A stretch of DNA of 64,000 bases from assembly GCA_965279525.1 (NCBI GenBank), contig CBDIIB010000004.1:544001-608000 (forward strand), read 5' to 3'. The translations under genes and the position numbers were made by a program. Below, piece after piece: positions 1-11,554 of the stretch. The stretch's first letter is position 1, and each line of letters starts with the position of its first letter. Origin of the DNA: Tagaea sp. GTDB taxonomy: Bacteria; Pseudomonadota; Alphaproteobacteria; CACIAM-22H2. The notes beneath the pieces are model-generated. The model saw nothing but the letters and a program-made list of their open reading frames with translations. It ran no database searches and was not told the DNA's origin.

Positions 1-1254
1 GTGACGCGCGAGCGTGCGCTCGCCAGGGCGCGCGACATCGATGCACGGCGTGCGACCGGCGGCAGGCTTGGGTCGCTCGCCGGCGTGCCATTCGCGGTCA
101 AGAACCTGTTCGACGTCGCCGGCCTGCCCACGCGCGCGGGATCGAAGATCAACCGCGACCGGGCGCCCGCCGAAACAGACGGCCCGCTCGTCGCCCGCCT
201 CGACGCCGCCGACGCCGTGCTGCTTGGCGCGCTCAACATGGGCGAATACGCCTACGATTTCACAGGCGAGAACGCGCACGACGGCCCGTCGCGCAATCCG
301 CACGACGTTTCCCGCATGACTGGCGGTTCGTCCGGCGGCTCGGGTGCGGCGGTCGCTTCGGGAATGGTGCCGCTTGCCCTGGGCTCCGACACCAACGGTT
401 CGATCCGCGTGCCCTCGTCGTTCTGCGGCCTGTTCGGCCTGAAGCCGACATTCGGGCGACTGACGCGGGCCGGGTCCTTCCCGTTCGTCGCGTCGTTCGA
501 CCATCTCGGGCCGTTCGCGCGCAGTGCGGCCGACCTCGCCCTCGCCTACGACATCCTGCAGGGTCCCGACCCGGCGGATCCGGCCTGCGCCCAGCGTGCC
601 GTCGATCCCGCCTTCCCGTCGGTCGAACAGGGCATTGCCGGGCTTCGGATCGGGGCGCTCGGCGGCTATTTCGCGCGCGGCGGCGATCCGGTCGTCTATG
701 CGGCGGCCGACAAGGTCGCCAAGGCACTGGGTGCCACGGCGGGCGTCGAGCTGCCGGAAGTCCATCGCGCGCGCGCCGCCGCGTTCGTGATCACCAATGT
801 CGAAGGCGCGCAGTTGCACATCGACCGGCTGCGCACCCGGGCCGCCGATTTCGATCCGGCAACGCGCGACCGCCTCATCGCCGGCAACCTGCTGCCGGCC
901 GCGTGGTACGCGCAGGCCCAGCGCTTCCGCACTTGGTTCCAGCGCGAGACGGAAAAAATCTTCGAGAAGTTCGATATCCTGCTCGCCCCGTCCACACCAT
1001 GCACGGCACCGCTGATCGGCCAGCAGACATTCGTGCTCGACGGCAAGGAAGTGCCATTGCGCCCCAACATCGGCATCTACACGCAGCCGATCTCGTTCAT
1101 CGGCCTGCCGGTCGCGGCCGTCCCGGTGCGGGGCATTTCTCCACTTCCGGTCGGCGTGCAGGTCATCGCCGCTCCCTGGCGCGAGGATCTTGCCCTGCGC
1201 GTCGCCCACGAACTCGAACGGACCGGCATCTGCGCCGCTCCCGTCGCACGGTAG
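1..1254 (+). CDS. atzE: AtzE-family amidohydrolase (amidase signature), 5' end probably outside the window
   Basis: [15 protein letters not shown] and GSDTNGSIR Lys-Ser-Ser triad motifs; [13 protein letters not shown]; followed by an AtzH/HpxZ gene. Confidence 0.85.
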   Translation: MTRERALARARDIDARRATGGRLGSLAGVPFAVKNLFDVAGLPTRAGSKINRDRAPAETDGPLVARLDAADAVLLGALNMGEYAYDFTGENAHDGPSRNPHDVSRMTGGSSGGSGAAVASGMVPLALGSDTNGSIRVPSSFCGLFGLKPTFGRLTRAGSFPFVASFDHLGPFARSAADLALAYDILQGPDPADPACAQRAVDPAFPSVEQGIAGLRIGALGGYFARGGDPVVYAAADKVAKALGATAGVELPEVHRARAAAFVITNVEGAQLHIDRLRTRAADFDPATRDRLIAGNLLPAAWYAQAQRFRTWFQRETEKIFEKFDILLAPSTPCTAPLIGQQTFVLDGKEVPLRPNIGIYTQPISFIGLPVAAVPVRGISPLPVGVQVIAAPWREDLALRVAHELERTGICAAPVAR

Positions 1255-1261
1255 GAACAAC

Positions 1262-1644
1262 ATGCCCGAGATCAACATCCCCGAAATCCATGCCGAGATG
1301 GTCGCCGCGTTCGAACGTTACGAGGGGGCGCTGACCACGAACGATGTCGCCGTGCTCGACGAGCTGTTCAAGGACGCGCCCTATACGGTTCGCTACGGCG
1401 CCACGGAAAATCTCTACGGCTATGCCGAGATCCAGGCATTCCGCGCCTCGCGTCCTGGGCAGGGCCTGCAGCGCAAGCTCGAACGCACGGTCATCACCAC
1501 GTTCGGACGCGATTTCGCGACGGCATCCACGCTGTTCCGCCGCGTTCCCGGCAAGATCGGCCGCCAGCAGCAGACATGGGTGCGCTTTGCCGAAGGCTGG
1601 CGCGTCGTCGCCGCCCAGGTCTCGCTGATGGAAGATCCGAAGGC

Positions 1645-1648
<4 letters not shown>
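1262..1648 (+). CDS. hpxZ: Oxalurate catabolism HpxZ / AtzH-like (DUF3225, NTF2-like) protein
   Basis: [24 protein letters not shown]...[13 protein letters not shown]...GRQQQTWVR; ATG at 1262 after AGGA. Confidence 0.85.
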
Positions 1649-4389
<2,741 letters not shown>

Positions 4390-4421
4390 GCGGCTGTCTT
4401 AAACGGACGCGGGGCTATCGC

Positions 4422-5072
4422 TCAATAGTCCTGCGACTCGCGGGTGATCCGGCGGATCTCGCGCTGGACCATCCGCTCGACGAGATCGGGCAGATACTGG
4501 TCGAGCCACGCCTTCAGGATCGGACGCAGTTCGGCGCGGACGAGATCCTCGATCGTGAGATCCGAGTTTCCGAGCAGCAGGTTACGCGGCACGCGGGCCT
4601 GGAGACCCTGCAACGCGTCGGAAGCCTGACGCGCCGTGTCGTCGGACATCAGGCGCCGCGGCTCCTCGGCCATGATCGGCGGCGGCTTGTCCACCACGTT
4701 GGTGAGCTCGAGAACGTCGTCCATCTCCGGTTCCGGCATGGGCATGCGCGGACGCGGCGGCGGAGGGGGCGGCGGCGGCGGGGGTGGTGGAGGCGGCGGA
4801 GGCGCCTCCATCATCATCGGCTCGGGTTCAGGCTCCGGTTCAGGCTCCGGCTCCGCCATAGGTGGCGGTGGCGGCGGAGGTGCTGCAGCAGGCGGAGGCG
4901 GCGGGGGTGGCGGCGGAGGGGGTGGTGGCGGAGGAGGCGGGGGTGCTGCTTCGGCGGCGGCAGGCGCCGCTGGCGGCGCCTTACCGGCGTCTCCATCTTC
5001 CGAAATAATTCGACGGATGGAGGCGAGGATCTCCTCCATCGACGGTTCTTGTTGGTTCTTTGGGTCCGTCAT
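4422..5072 (-). CDS. popZ: Pole-organizing protein PopZ (DUF2497)
   Basis: N-terminal EPSMEEILASIRRIISED; Pro/Glu-rich linker; C-terminal TIEDLVRAELRPILKAWLDQYLPDLVERMVQREI; valS-popZ-tolC-pcm context. Confidence 0.93.
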   Translation of the reverse strand: MTDPKNQQEPSMEEILASIRRIISEDGDAGKAPPAAPAAAEAAPPPPPPPPPPPPPPPPPPAAAPPPPPPPMAEPEPEPEPEPEPMMMEAPPPPPPPPPPPPPPPPRPRMPMPEPEMDDVLELTNVVDKPPPIMAEEPRRLMSDDTARQASDALQGLQARVPRNLLLGNSDLTIEDLVRAELRPILKAWLDQYLPDLVERMVQREIRRITRESQDY

Positions 5073-5081
5073 CGTCGTGCT

Positions 5082-5089
5082 TTAACCAT
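5082..5089. promoter_or_regulatory. Possible CtrA half-site (TTAACCAT) upstream of popZ
   Basis: Exact TTAACCAT octamer 10 bp upstream of the popZ start codon. Confidence 0.35.
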
Positions 5090-5162
5090 TCCAAGTCCAG
5101 AGCTTAGGCGACGAATCGCTGTCACGCCAGAGATATCCGCCAAGGCAGTCGCTCATCCTACC

Positions 5163-6590
5163 TTACCGGCGCGGCGCCTCGTCGGGTATGTCAGTACCCG
5201 ACCAACGATTCCGCGTCGCCTCGAGATATGCCGTCGGATCGTATAGTTCGACCTTCAGCGCAAGGTCCCGGGCCGTCAAGCGACCCGTCGCGGACAGGAG
5301 CTGGAAGGACGCCAAGACCTGATCGCGCTGTGCCTGGACAAGACTGACCCGGCTGTTGAGCAGTTCCTGCTCGGCGTTGAGGACGTCGAGAACGGTCCGC
5401 GACCCGACCCGGGCTTCCTGCGACACGCCTTCGAGGGCGATTTCATTGGCCCGGATCTGCGACTGGAAGGACTGGATCTGCGCCCTGGCCGTGGTGAGCT
5501 GCTGCCATGCGCGATTGGCTTCGTCGACGACCTGACGCTGCGAAACGTCGATCTGGGTCCGGCGCTGGCCTTGGGTCTGCTTGGCTTCGCGCACCCGCGC
5601 GTCCGTCAGGCCCTGCTGATAGATCGGCACGGTCACGGTAAGCAGCAGGTCGACGGTGTCGCGGCGGACGCCACGGCTGCCCGCCGGCTCCTGCGAGCGG
5701 ATCGCGTCGGCCTGAAGACCCACGGTCGGCAGCTTTTCGCCCTCGATCAGCGACACGTCGTGCCCCGATGCCTCGTGCGTGTAGCGTGCCTGGTTGACCG
5801 TCGGATTTACGGTGAGCGCCATGTCGCGCGCCTCGGCATCCGAACCCGGAAGAAGGCCGACCGGAACCGCGGGCACGGCCGGACGACCGGCCTGCTCGCC
5901 CACGACACGCAGATAGGCGGCGCGCGCGGTATTCACGTTGCCTTCGGATCCGGTCCGGGTCGCCTGCGCCTGGGCCAGTCGCGCCTCGGCCTGGCTGACG
6001 TCGGTGCGCGTGATTTCGCCGACCTGGAAGCGGTCGCGCGCCGCATCGAGCTGGCGCTGCAGGACCTGCACGTTGTTGATGTTGAGATCAAGAACGGCAA
6101 GTTCGCGCGCGAGATTGATGTAGGCCGTCGCCGCGTCGAGAAGGACGCGCTGCTCCGTCGCGGCAAGCTGCGAACGGGATGCCTGGACGTTCGCCTCGGC
6201 CCGCGCGAGTTCGGCCGTCGAGCGGCCGCCGCGGTAGAGCGGCTGCGTCATCTGGAGCGTAGCCGTCGCCTGGCGGCGGTTACGCTCGTTGGTCGTCGTG
6301 CCGCGATCGGAGCTTCCGTCGCCGTTGTAGTTGGTGGTCGTGACCGCGTTGTAGTCGCGCGCCGGGCCGGCATTGCCGGTTACCTGCACCGTCGGACGCC
6401 ACTGCGAAAGCGCGCGCGGCACCTGCTCGTCGACCGCGCGAAGCGCCGAGCGCTGCGCGAGCAGCTCGGGATTCGAGCGGTAGGCGCTGGCAAGCGCGTC
6501 ATCGAGCGACTGGGCATCGGCAGGCATGGCCGCGATCCCGATCGCGAGCGCAATTGCCGCCGTCGCCGTCCGCCGCATCAACATATTCAT
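5163..6590 (-). CDS. tolC: TolC-family outer membrane channel
   Basis: Signal peptide; AY.SNPEL.AQR; RFQVGEITRTDVSQAEARL; VGSRTVLDVLNAEQEL; GAGGAG upstream of ATG 6590. Confidence 0.92.
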   Translation of the reverse strand: MNMLMRRTATAAIALAIGIAAMPADAQSLDDALASAYRSNPELLAQRSALRAVDEQVPRALSQWRPTVQVTGNAGPARDYNAVTTTNYNGDGSSDRGTTTNERNRRQATATLQMTQPLYRGGRSTAELARAEANVQASRSQLAATEQRVLLDAATAYINLARELAVLDLNINNVQVLQRQLDAARDRFQVGEITRTDVSQAEARLAQAQATRTGSEGNVNTARAAYLRVVGEQAGRPAVPAVPVGLLPGSDAEARDMALTVNPTVNQARYTHEASGHDVSLIEGEKLPTVGLQADAIRSQEPAGSRGVRRDTVDLLLTVTVPIYQQGLTDARVREAKQTQGQRRTQIDVSQRQVVDEANRAWQQLTTARAQIQSFQSQIRANEIALEGVSQEARVGSRTVLDVLNAEQELLNSRVSLVQAQRDQVLASFQLLSATGRLTARDLALKVELYDPTAYLEATRNRWSGTDIPDEAPRR

Positions 6591-6673
6591 TCTCGCCGTG
6601 CTCCTCGAACTCATTTCAGTACCTACCGGATTTCCAACACCGCACGGGGCGTGCAAAGGTTGCGCCGAAGCCG

Positions 6674-7327
6674 TCAAAACACGAACCCCGGTTCAAGGGC
6701 AAGACCCGGCAGCATCGGCGTCCCTGCGTCGAAAACGATGCGGCTGGTCAAGGTCGCGCCGAACTTCCGCCAGATCGTGGCGCGTCCTGGCTGATCGGGC
6801 TGCGCGACGACGCCGACAATGTGCCCGCCTTCGGCGAGCTGGCCGGCATATGCCGACGGAAGTTGCCCGGTCGCACCTTCGAAGATGATGGCGTCATAGG
6901 GTGCAGCCGACGGCCAGCCCTTTTCGAGGGGGCCTTCGACGACGATCGCGCTGCCGTAGGTTCCTCTCGATAGCGCGATCTTGGCGGCGGCAACGAAATG
7001 GCTGTCGCTTTCGAGCGCGAAGACCGTGGCTCCGGCAGCCGCAAGGACGGCCGCCCCGTAGCCGCAACCGGCGCCGACCAGAAGCACGCGTCCGCCGTTC
7101 GGGATCTGCGCGTACTGCGCAAGGCGTGCAAACACCATCGGTTCCATCAGGTAGCGGTCGCTGCCCAGCGGAATATCCTCGTCGACATAGGCGATCGACC
7201 GCAACGCGTCGGGCAGGAATGCTTCGCGTGGCACACGCGCCATCGCCGCGACAAGGCGCTCGTCGATCACCTTGTTGGTGCGCAACTGGCTTTCGACCAT
7301 GTTGTGACGTGCGGCGGCGTAATCCAT
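6674..7327 (-). CDS. pcm: Protein-L-isoaspartate O-methyltransferase
   Basis: MDYAAARHNMVESQLRTN..VPREAF; VLLVGAGCGY SAM motif; APYDAI. Confidence 0.9.
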   Translation of the reverse strand: MDYAAARHNMVESQLRTNKVIDERLVAAMARVPREAFLPDALRSIAYVDEDIPLGSDRYLMEPMVFARLAQYAQIPNGGRVLLVGAGCGYGAAVLAAAGATVFALESDSHFVAAAKIALSRGTYGSAIVVEGPLEKGWPSAAPYDAIIFEGATGQLPSAYAGQLAEGGHIVGVVAQPDQPGRATIWRKFGATLTSRIVFDAGTPMLPGLALEPGFVF

Positions 7328-7506
7328 CGCGGCAGAGCTTCCGGTTAGAACCATGCGACATGCGCTGACTGTCGAATCGACAGCCAAACCGCCGCAGGTA
7401 ACTTTATAAGTCTGTCTTGCCCGCGTGACAATCAAAGCGCAGCTAGACCGTTGAATCGGTGTCCTGACCGAGACGTCATCCGGAGCCGGCAGAGGATACC
7501 GGCCTG

Positions 7507-7535
7507 TTGACCCCCGGGGTCGGCCTCACTATACG
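7507..7535 (+). promoter_or_regulatory. Sigma70-type promoter of tRNA-Cys
   Basis: TTGACC-N17-TATACG ending 17 bp before the tRNA. Confidence 0.6.
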
Positions 7536-7552
7536 TCCTGCCGTCGCCCGGC

Positions 7553-7627
7553 GGCCGGGTAGCAAAGTGGTAATGCAGGGGACTGCAAATCCCCTATACG
7601 GCGGTTCGATTCCGCCCCCGGCCTCCA
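7553..7627 (+). tRNA. tRNA-Cys (GCA)
   Basis: GGCCGGG/CCCGGCC acceptor stem, GGGGA-CTGCAAA-TCCCC anticodon arm, GGTTCGATTCC T-arm, encoded CCA. Confidence 0.96.
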
Positions 7628-7687
7628 CCTCGCCTTTTTTCGACTGGCGCACCGGCCGGATTTTGATATAAGCCTGCCTCGTTTCGT

Positions 7688-7762
7688 TCCCTGGTAGCTC
7701 AGCGGTAGAGCAGCCGACTGTTAATCGGCTGGTCGTTAGTTCGAATCTAACCCAGGGAGCCA
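7688..7762 (+). tRNA. tRNA-Asn (GTT)
   Basis: TCCCTGG/CCAGGGA acceptor stem, GCCGA-CTGTTAA-TCGGC anticodon arm, GTTAG-TTCGAAT-CTAAC T-arm, CCA. Confidence 0.96.
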
Positions 7763-7833
7763 TTTTCTCGCCAACTGCAGGGGCCGTTCCGGGCGGAATG
7801 CCCGCCCCTCGCCGGCCGTTGTCGGGCGGCCAT

Positions 7834-8151
7834 ATGCGAAATCCGCTGCTCATCTCCGTTTTCATCGCCGTCCTCGCCGGGGGATGCACGCCGATGCGCT
7901 GGGAACACCCGGCCTTCGGTCCGGACGATGCCGGGCGCGAGGCAAGCGAGTGCCGGCAGATGGCCTGGGCCGAGGCGCAGCGCCAGTCTTTCATGTTCGG
8001 CAGCTTCGCAAGGCGGTCTGTCTCGCGCGACCGGTACGGGCGCATCCACTACACGCCGTTTTCCGATTTCCACGAGCGCCAGATGATGGAGATGCAGCTC
8101 AACGATTTCTGCATGCGCAGCAAGGGCTTTGCCCTCGTACCGGTCGGCTAG
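7834..8151 (+). CDS. Small lipoprotein, hypothetical
   Basis: Hydrophobic signal with LAGGC lipobox; ECRQMA and FCMRSKGF cysteine motifs. Confidence 0.7.
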   Translation: MRNPLLISVFIAVLAGGCTPMRWEHPAFGPDDAGREASECRQMAWAEAQRQSFMFGSFARRSVSRDRYGRIHYTPFSDFHERQMMEMQLNDFCMRSKGFALVPVG

Positions 8152-9191
8152 AACTTGATCGACATCGAAAGCGCCCCGAAACGGTCGGGGCTGCCCTGGC
8201 TTTCGAACTCGCGCGTGCGCATCACATAGGTGAAGGTGACGCGGACCGGCGCGTAGACCATCGCCATCCCCATCTGCAGGTCGCCGACGAGCGGACGGCG
8301 GTCGACCGAATGGCTTCGCGCGAACGTGTTTCCGTCGAGCGTTATGTCGCGCGCGACCGCCCTGCCCTCGAGGCCGATGAAGGCATAGGCGGCAAACGGC
8401 TCGCCTTCGTCCGTGTCGAAATGCATCGATCCCGCAAGGCCCGGACGGATGCGCGGCGGCCCGTAATCGACGCCGAGATTGTGGCCCACGCGCAGCGTGA
8501 CCCCGGTGCCGGCATAGGTGAACACGTTGCCGAGCGATCCGCCGACATGCGGCGAGAAATCGCCCTCGATGCCCGGCAGGATGCTGGAGCGCGCGACATT
8601 GCGCCACTTGCGCTCGTAGAACAGCACGATCCCGGGTTCGTTGCGCAGCTGGTTGCCCCACCCCTGGGGCAGCGGCGACCCGATGAGGCGATGGTATTCG
8701 CGCTGCGTCTCGGCGGCATAGCTCTGCGGGCCGATGATGCCGAGATTGAGTTCGAGCGTGTCGAGGCGCGCGGCATCGCCGGCTTCCCGGCTCGACGTGA
8801 TCGCAGCGGCGACATAGGTCCAGCCCGAATAGGGCCGGTCGTTATAGATGCGCTCGCGCGTGCGGGTATTCTCGGGCGTGTACATGTTCTGGCCGACGGC
8901 GTAGCCGACGCGCGTGACGCCACCATCCGGAAAGACCGGGACCCATGCCGCAAGCCTTCGGCCCCATTCGGGCGTTTCGCGCGGTTCGGATATCCAGTTC
9001 AACCGGACGCCGTTGGTGAAATTGCGGTCGGTCTGCCGCTCGGTGTTCGGGGAATTGAACTTGTCGTTCTCAATGACGACCGACAGCGTGCCCCGCGGCT
9101 CGGGCTTGCTTTCCTGTGCCGGTGCCTGTGCACCCGCGATCGCCGGAAAGGCGGCGCACAGGACAATCGTCGGCAGCATTCGAATTCGCAT
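8148..9191 (-). CDS. lpxR: Lipid A 3'-O-deacylase LpxR family (DUF2219) beta-barrel
   Basis: ENDKF..DRNFTNG, GQNMYTP, DRPYSGW, GWGNQL motifs; terminal Phe. Confidence 0.88.
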   Translation of the reverse strand: MRIRMLPTIVLCAAFPAIAGAQAPAQESKPEPRGTLSVVIENDKFNSPNTERQTDRNFTNGVRLNWISEPRETPEWGRRLAAWVPVFPDGGVTRVGYAVGQNMYTPENTRTRERIYNDRPYSGWTYVAAAITSSREAGDAARLDTLELNLGIIGPQSYAAETQREYHRLIGSPLPQGWGNQLRNEPGIVLFYERKWRNVARSSILPGIEGDFSPHVGGSLGNVFTYAGTGVTLRVGHNLGVDYGPPRIRPGLAGSMHFDTDEGEPFAAYAFIGLEGRAVARDITLDGNTFARSHSVDRRPLVGDLQMGMAMVYAPVRVTFTYVMRTREFESQGSPDRFGALSMSIKF

Positions 9192-9228
9192 CCCGTTCCC
9201 TTACCCGAATTCGTCCTGCGGTACTACA

Positions 9229-9576
9229 ATGACGGTCATGGCCTTGCGGATCACAACCCTACTCGTGACTTTGGCTTATGGCGTTTTTGTGGCGTCCTGC
9301 AGCCCCGGAACGGATGCCCTGTCCTTGAAGCATCCCACGCTTGCACCGGCCGAGCAGTCGGCGATACGCAACGCGTGCGCGATCGAGGCGCAAGGACGGC
9401 TTGGACCCGCCCCGCTCTCCGCGTCGCCCGCGCCGTGCCGCGAGGACGGCGATGCGTCGGCACGCGATCGCTGCCGCGCGCAGGCCGACTTGGCGCTGAT
9501 GGCCGAAACACGCTACGTCCGTCGCCTCGATTCAGAGACGGCCGCCTGCCTGCGCGCCAAGGGCTTCGGCGACTGA
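9229..9576 (+). CDS. Small Cys-containing lipoprotein, hypothetical
   Basis: Hydrophobic N-terminus with VASC lipobox; RCRAQA and ACLRAKGF motifs; start could be 9229 or 9238. Confidence 0.6.
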   Translation: MTVMALRITTLLVTLAYGVFVASCSPGTDALSLKHPTLAPAEQSAIRNACAIEAQGRLGPAPLSASPAPCREDGDASARDRCRAQADLALMAETRYVRRLDSETAACLRAKGFGD

Positions 9577-9618
9577 AGGCTTCCCTGCCGTGCTTTTATG
9601 GCTATTCTGCGCTCCATC

Positions 9619-11160
9619 ATGAATACGGATTCTCCTTACGATCTTCTCGTCATCGGTGGCGGCGTCAACGGCTGCGGCATCGCGCGCGATGCCGCAGGCC
9701 GCGGCCTTTCGGTCCTGCTTGTCGAACAGAACGACCTTGCCTCGGCGACGTCATCTGCTTCGACCAAGCTGATCCATGGCGGGCTTCGCTATCTCGAGTT
9801 CTACGAGTTCCGGCTGGTCCGCGAGGCGCTGTCCGAGCGTGACGTGCTGCTCGACGGGGCGCCGCACATCATGTGGCCGATGCGCTTCGTGCTGCCGTAC
9901 GATCGAAGCCAGCGCCCGGCCTGGATGATCCGCGCGGGCCTTTTCCTCTACGACCATCTCGGCTGGGTTCCGGGCCGGAAATCGAAACTGCCGGGCTCGC
10001 ACAAGGTCGATCTGCCCGGAAACCCGTATGGCCGGGGATTGCGCGCCGATATCGGCGTCGGCTTCGTCTATTCGGACGGTTGGGTCGACGATGCGCGTCT
10101 GGTCGCGCTGGCGGCGCGCCATGCCGCGGATCTCGGCGCGGACATTCGCGTACGCACGCAGGCGACGTCGGCCAGGCGCGAAGGCGGCCTCTGGCATGTG
10201 TCGCTCTCGGACCGCATTTCGGGACAGACGGCCGAGGTCAAGGCGCATGCGGTCGTGAATGCCGCAGGGCCCTGGGTCATGCAGACGCTGTCCGGCATCC
10301 TCGGCGCCAATGCGCCGGCGTCGGTCAAGCTGGTCAAGGGCAGCCACATTGTCGTTCCGCGCCAGTACGAGGGCGAGCACGCTTTCATCCTGCAGAACGA
10401 AGACCGGCGCATCGTCTTCGTCATTCCCTACCAGGGGCAGTTCACGCTGATCGGCACGACCGAGGTGGCGCATGACGGCGATCCTGGCCGCGTCTCGATC
10501 ACGTCGGCCGAGACGGAATATCTTTGCACGGCCGTCAGCCGGTTTCTTGCAAAGCCCGTTTCGCCGTCCGATGTCGTGTGGAGCTATTCGGGCGTGCGGC
10601 CGCTCTACGATGACGGCGCCGACAATGCGACCGCGACGACGCGCGACTATGTGCTGTCGCTCGATGACGGCGGCGGCCGTGCGCCGGCGCTGTCGATCTT
10701 CGGCGGCAAGATCACGACGTTCCGCAGACTTGCCGAGCACGCGCTGGAAAAACTTGCCCCGTTCTTCCCGAAGATGAAGCCTGCCTGGACCGCCGGCGCG
10801 CGTCTGCCCGGGGGCGAACTTGACGGTGTCGACGGCAATTTCGAGCGTTTCACCGGCGCGCTGGCCGCACGGTTTCCGTTCGTGCCGCCCGAACATCTTC
10901 ATGCGATGGCACGTCGACAGGGCGGCCGCGTGTTCCGCTTTCTCGAAGGGAAGTCAAAACTCGAAGATCTCGGTGCGCATTTCGGCGCAGGTTTGTATGC
11001 CGCCGAAGTCGATCTCATGGTTGGCGAGGAATGGGCGCGGACGGCGAACGACATCCTGTTCCGCCGCTCGAAGCTGGGCCTGCATATCGGACTGGCGGAC
11101 CAGGCCGCACTCGGGAGCTATCTCGCCGACAAGCACGGTCTGGGACGTGTCCTGGCCTGA
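9619..11160 (+). CDS. glpD: Aerobic glycerol-3-phosphate dehydrogenase
   Basis: VIGGGVNGCGIARDAAGRG, TSSASTKLIHGGLRYLE, GVRPLYDD, GGKITTFR. Confidence 0.96.
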   Translation: MNTDSPYDLLVIGGGVNGCGIARDAAGRGLSVLLVEQNDLASATSSASTKLIHGGLRYLEFYEFRLVREALSERDVLLDGAPHIMWPMRFVLPYDRSQRPAWMIRAGLFLYDHLGWVPGRKSKLPGSHKVDLPGNPYGRGLRADIGVGFVYSDGWVDDARLVALAARHAADLGADIRVRTQATSARREGGLWHVSLSDRISGQTAEVKAHAVVNAAGPWVMQTLSGILGANAPASVKLVKGSHIVVPRQYEGEHAFILQNEDRRIVFVIPYQGQFTLIGTTEVAHDGDPGRVSITSAETEYLCTAVSRFLAKPVSPSDVVWSYSGVRPLYDDGADNATATTRDYVLSLDDGGGRAPALSIFGGKITTFRRLAEHALEKLAPFFPKMKPAWTAGARLPGGELDGVDGNFERFTGALAARFPFVPPEHLHAMARRQGGRVFRFLEGKSKLEDLGAHFGAGLYAAEVDLMVGEEWARTANDILFRRSKLGLHIGLADQAALGSYLADKHGLGRVLA

Positions 11161-11182
11161 AAAATAGAAGTCAGTCTGAAAA

Positions 11183-11212
11183 TGCAAAAGGCCACGTCCA
11201 TTCGACGTGGCC
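11183..11212 (-). terminator. Intrinsic terminator oriented for the minus-strand microprotein gene (may also serve glpD)
   Basis: GGCCACGTC-5 nt loop-GACGTGGCC stem (11190-11212) followed by TTTGCATTTT on the minus strand. Confidence 0.7.
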
Positions 11213-11235
11213 CTGATTTCCGGTCGTTCCGGAAT

Positions 11236-11379
11236 TCAGTGCTTTGTGTGCGGCAGCAGCCCGTCTTCGACCAGGATCTTCTTGAGGCTGGCGAGCACTT
11301 CGGCGATGTCCGGCGTATCGGACTTCGTGCTGCTGCCCTTGCGGCGGCTGGTCGGGAGCGATGCAATCTTGCGGGGCAT
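11236..11379 (-). CDS. 47-aa microprotein containing a PopZ N-terminal-helix-like motif
   Basis: MPRKIASLPTSRRKGSSTKSDTPDIAEVLASLKKILVEDGLLPHTKH; codons strongly G/C-ending like host genes; own promoter-like and terminator signals. Confidence 0.7.
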   Translation of the reverse strand: MPRKIASLPTSRRKGSSTKSDTPDIAEVLASLKKILVEDGLLPHTKH

Positions 11380-11423
11380 GATTTTCACGTGCTTCCGGGG
11401 TTTGTCTTGTAGTCTGATAACTG

Positions 11424-11452
11424 AATATCGCATTCGGCTTTGCAAATTGCAA
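11424..11452 (-). promoter_or_regulatory. Putative sigma70 promoter of the microprotein gene
   Basis: Minus-strand TTGCAA-N17-GATATT; -35 overlapped by an AATTG-N6-CAATT inverted repeat (11445-11460). Confidence 0.45.
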
Positions 11453-11483
11453 GATCAATTTTTCTAATGGTAGAGACGATCGC

Positions 11484-11539
11484 TTGACGCGTATCCTACA
11501 AAAATATAGAACAAACCGAGAATTGAACAAAAGACGAAC
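11484..11539 (+). promoter_or_regulatory. imuA promoter with tandem alphaproteobacterial LexA (SOS) boxes
   Basis: TTGACG -35 at 11484; GAAC-N7-GAAT (11509-11523) and perfect GAAC-N7-GAAC (11525-11539) over the -10/+1 region. Confidence 0.85.
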
Positions 11540-11554
11540 GCCAAGGAGCCGCCA

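Noticed and set aside
4636-5085. Poly-Gly plus-strand ORF / GGN microsatellite
   Set aside because: Opposite-strand reading of the PopZ proline tracts, not a separate gene or array
7553-7762. Prophage/ICE integration at tRNA-Cys or tRNA-Asn
   Set aside because: No integrase and no duplicated tRNA 3' end seen in the window
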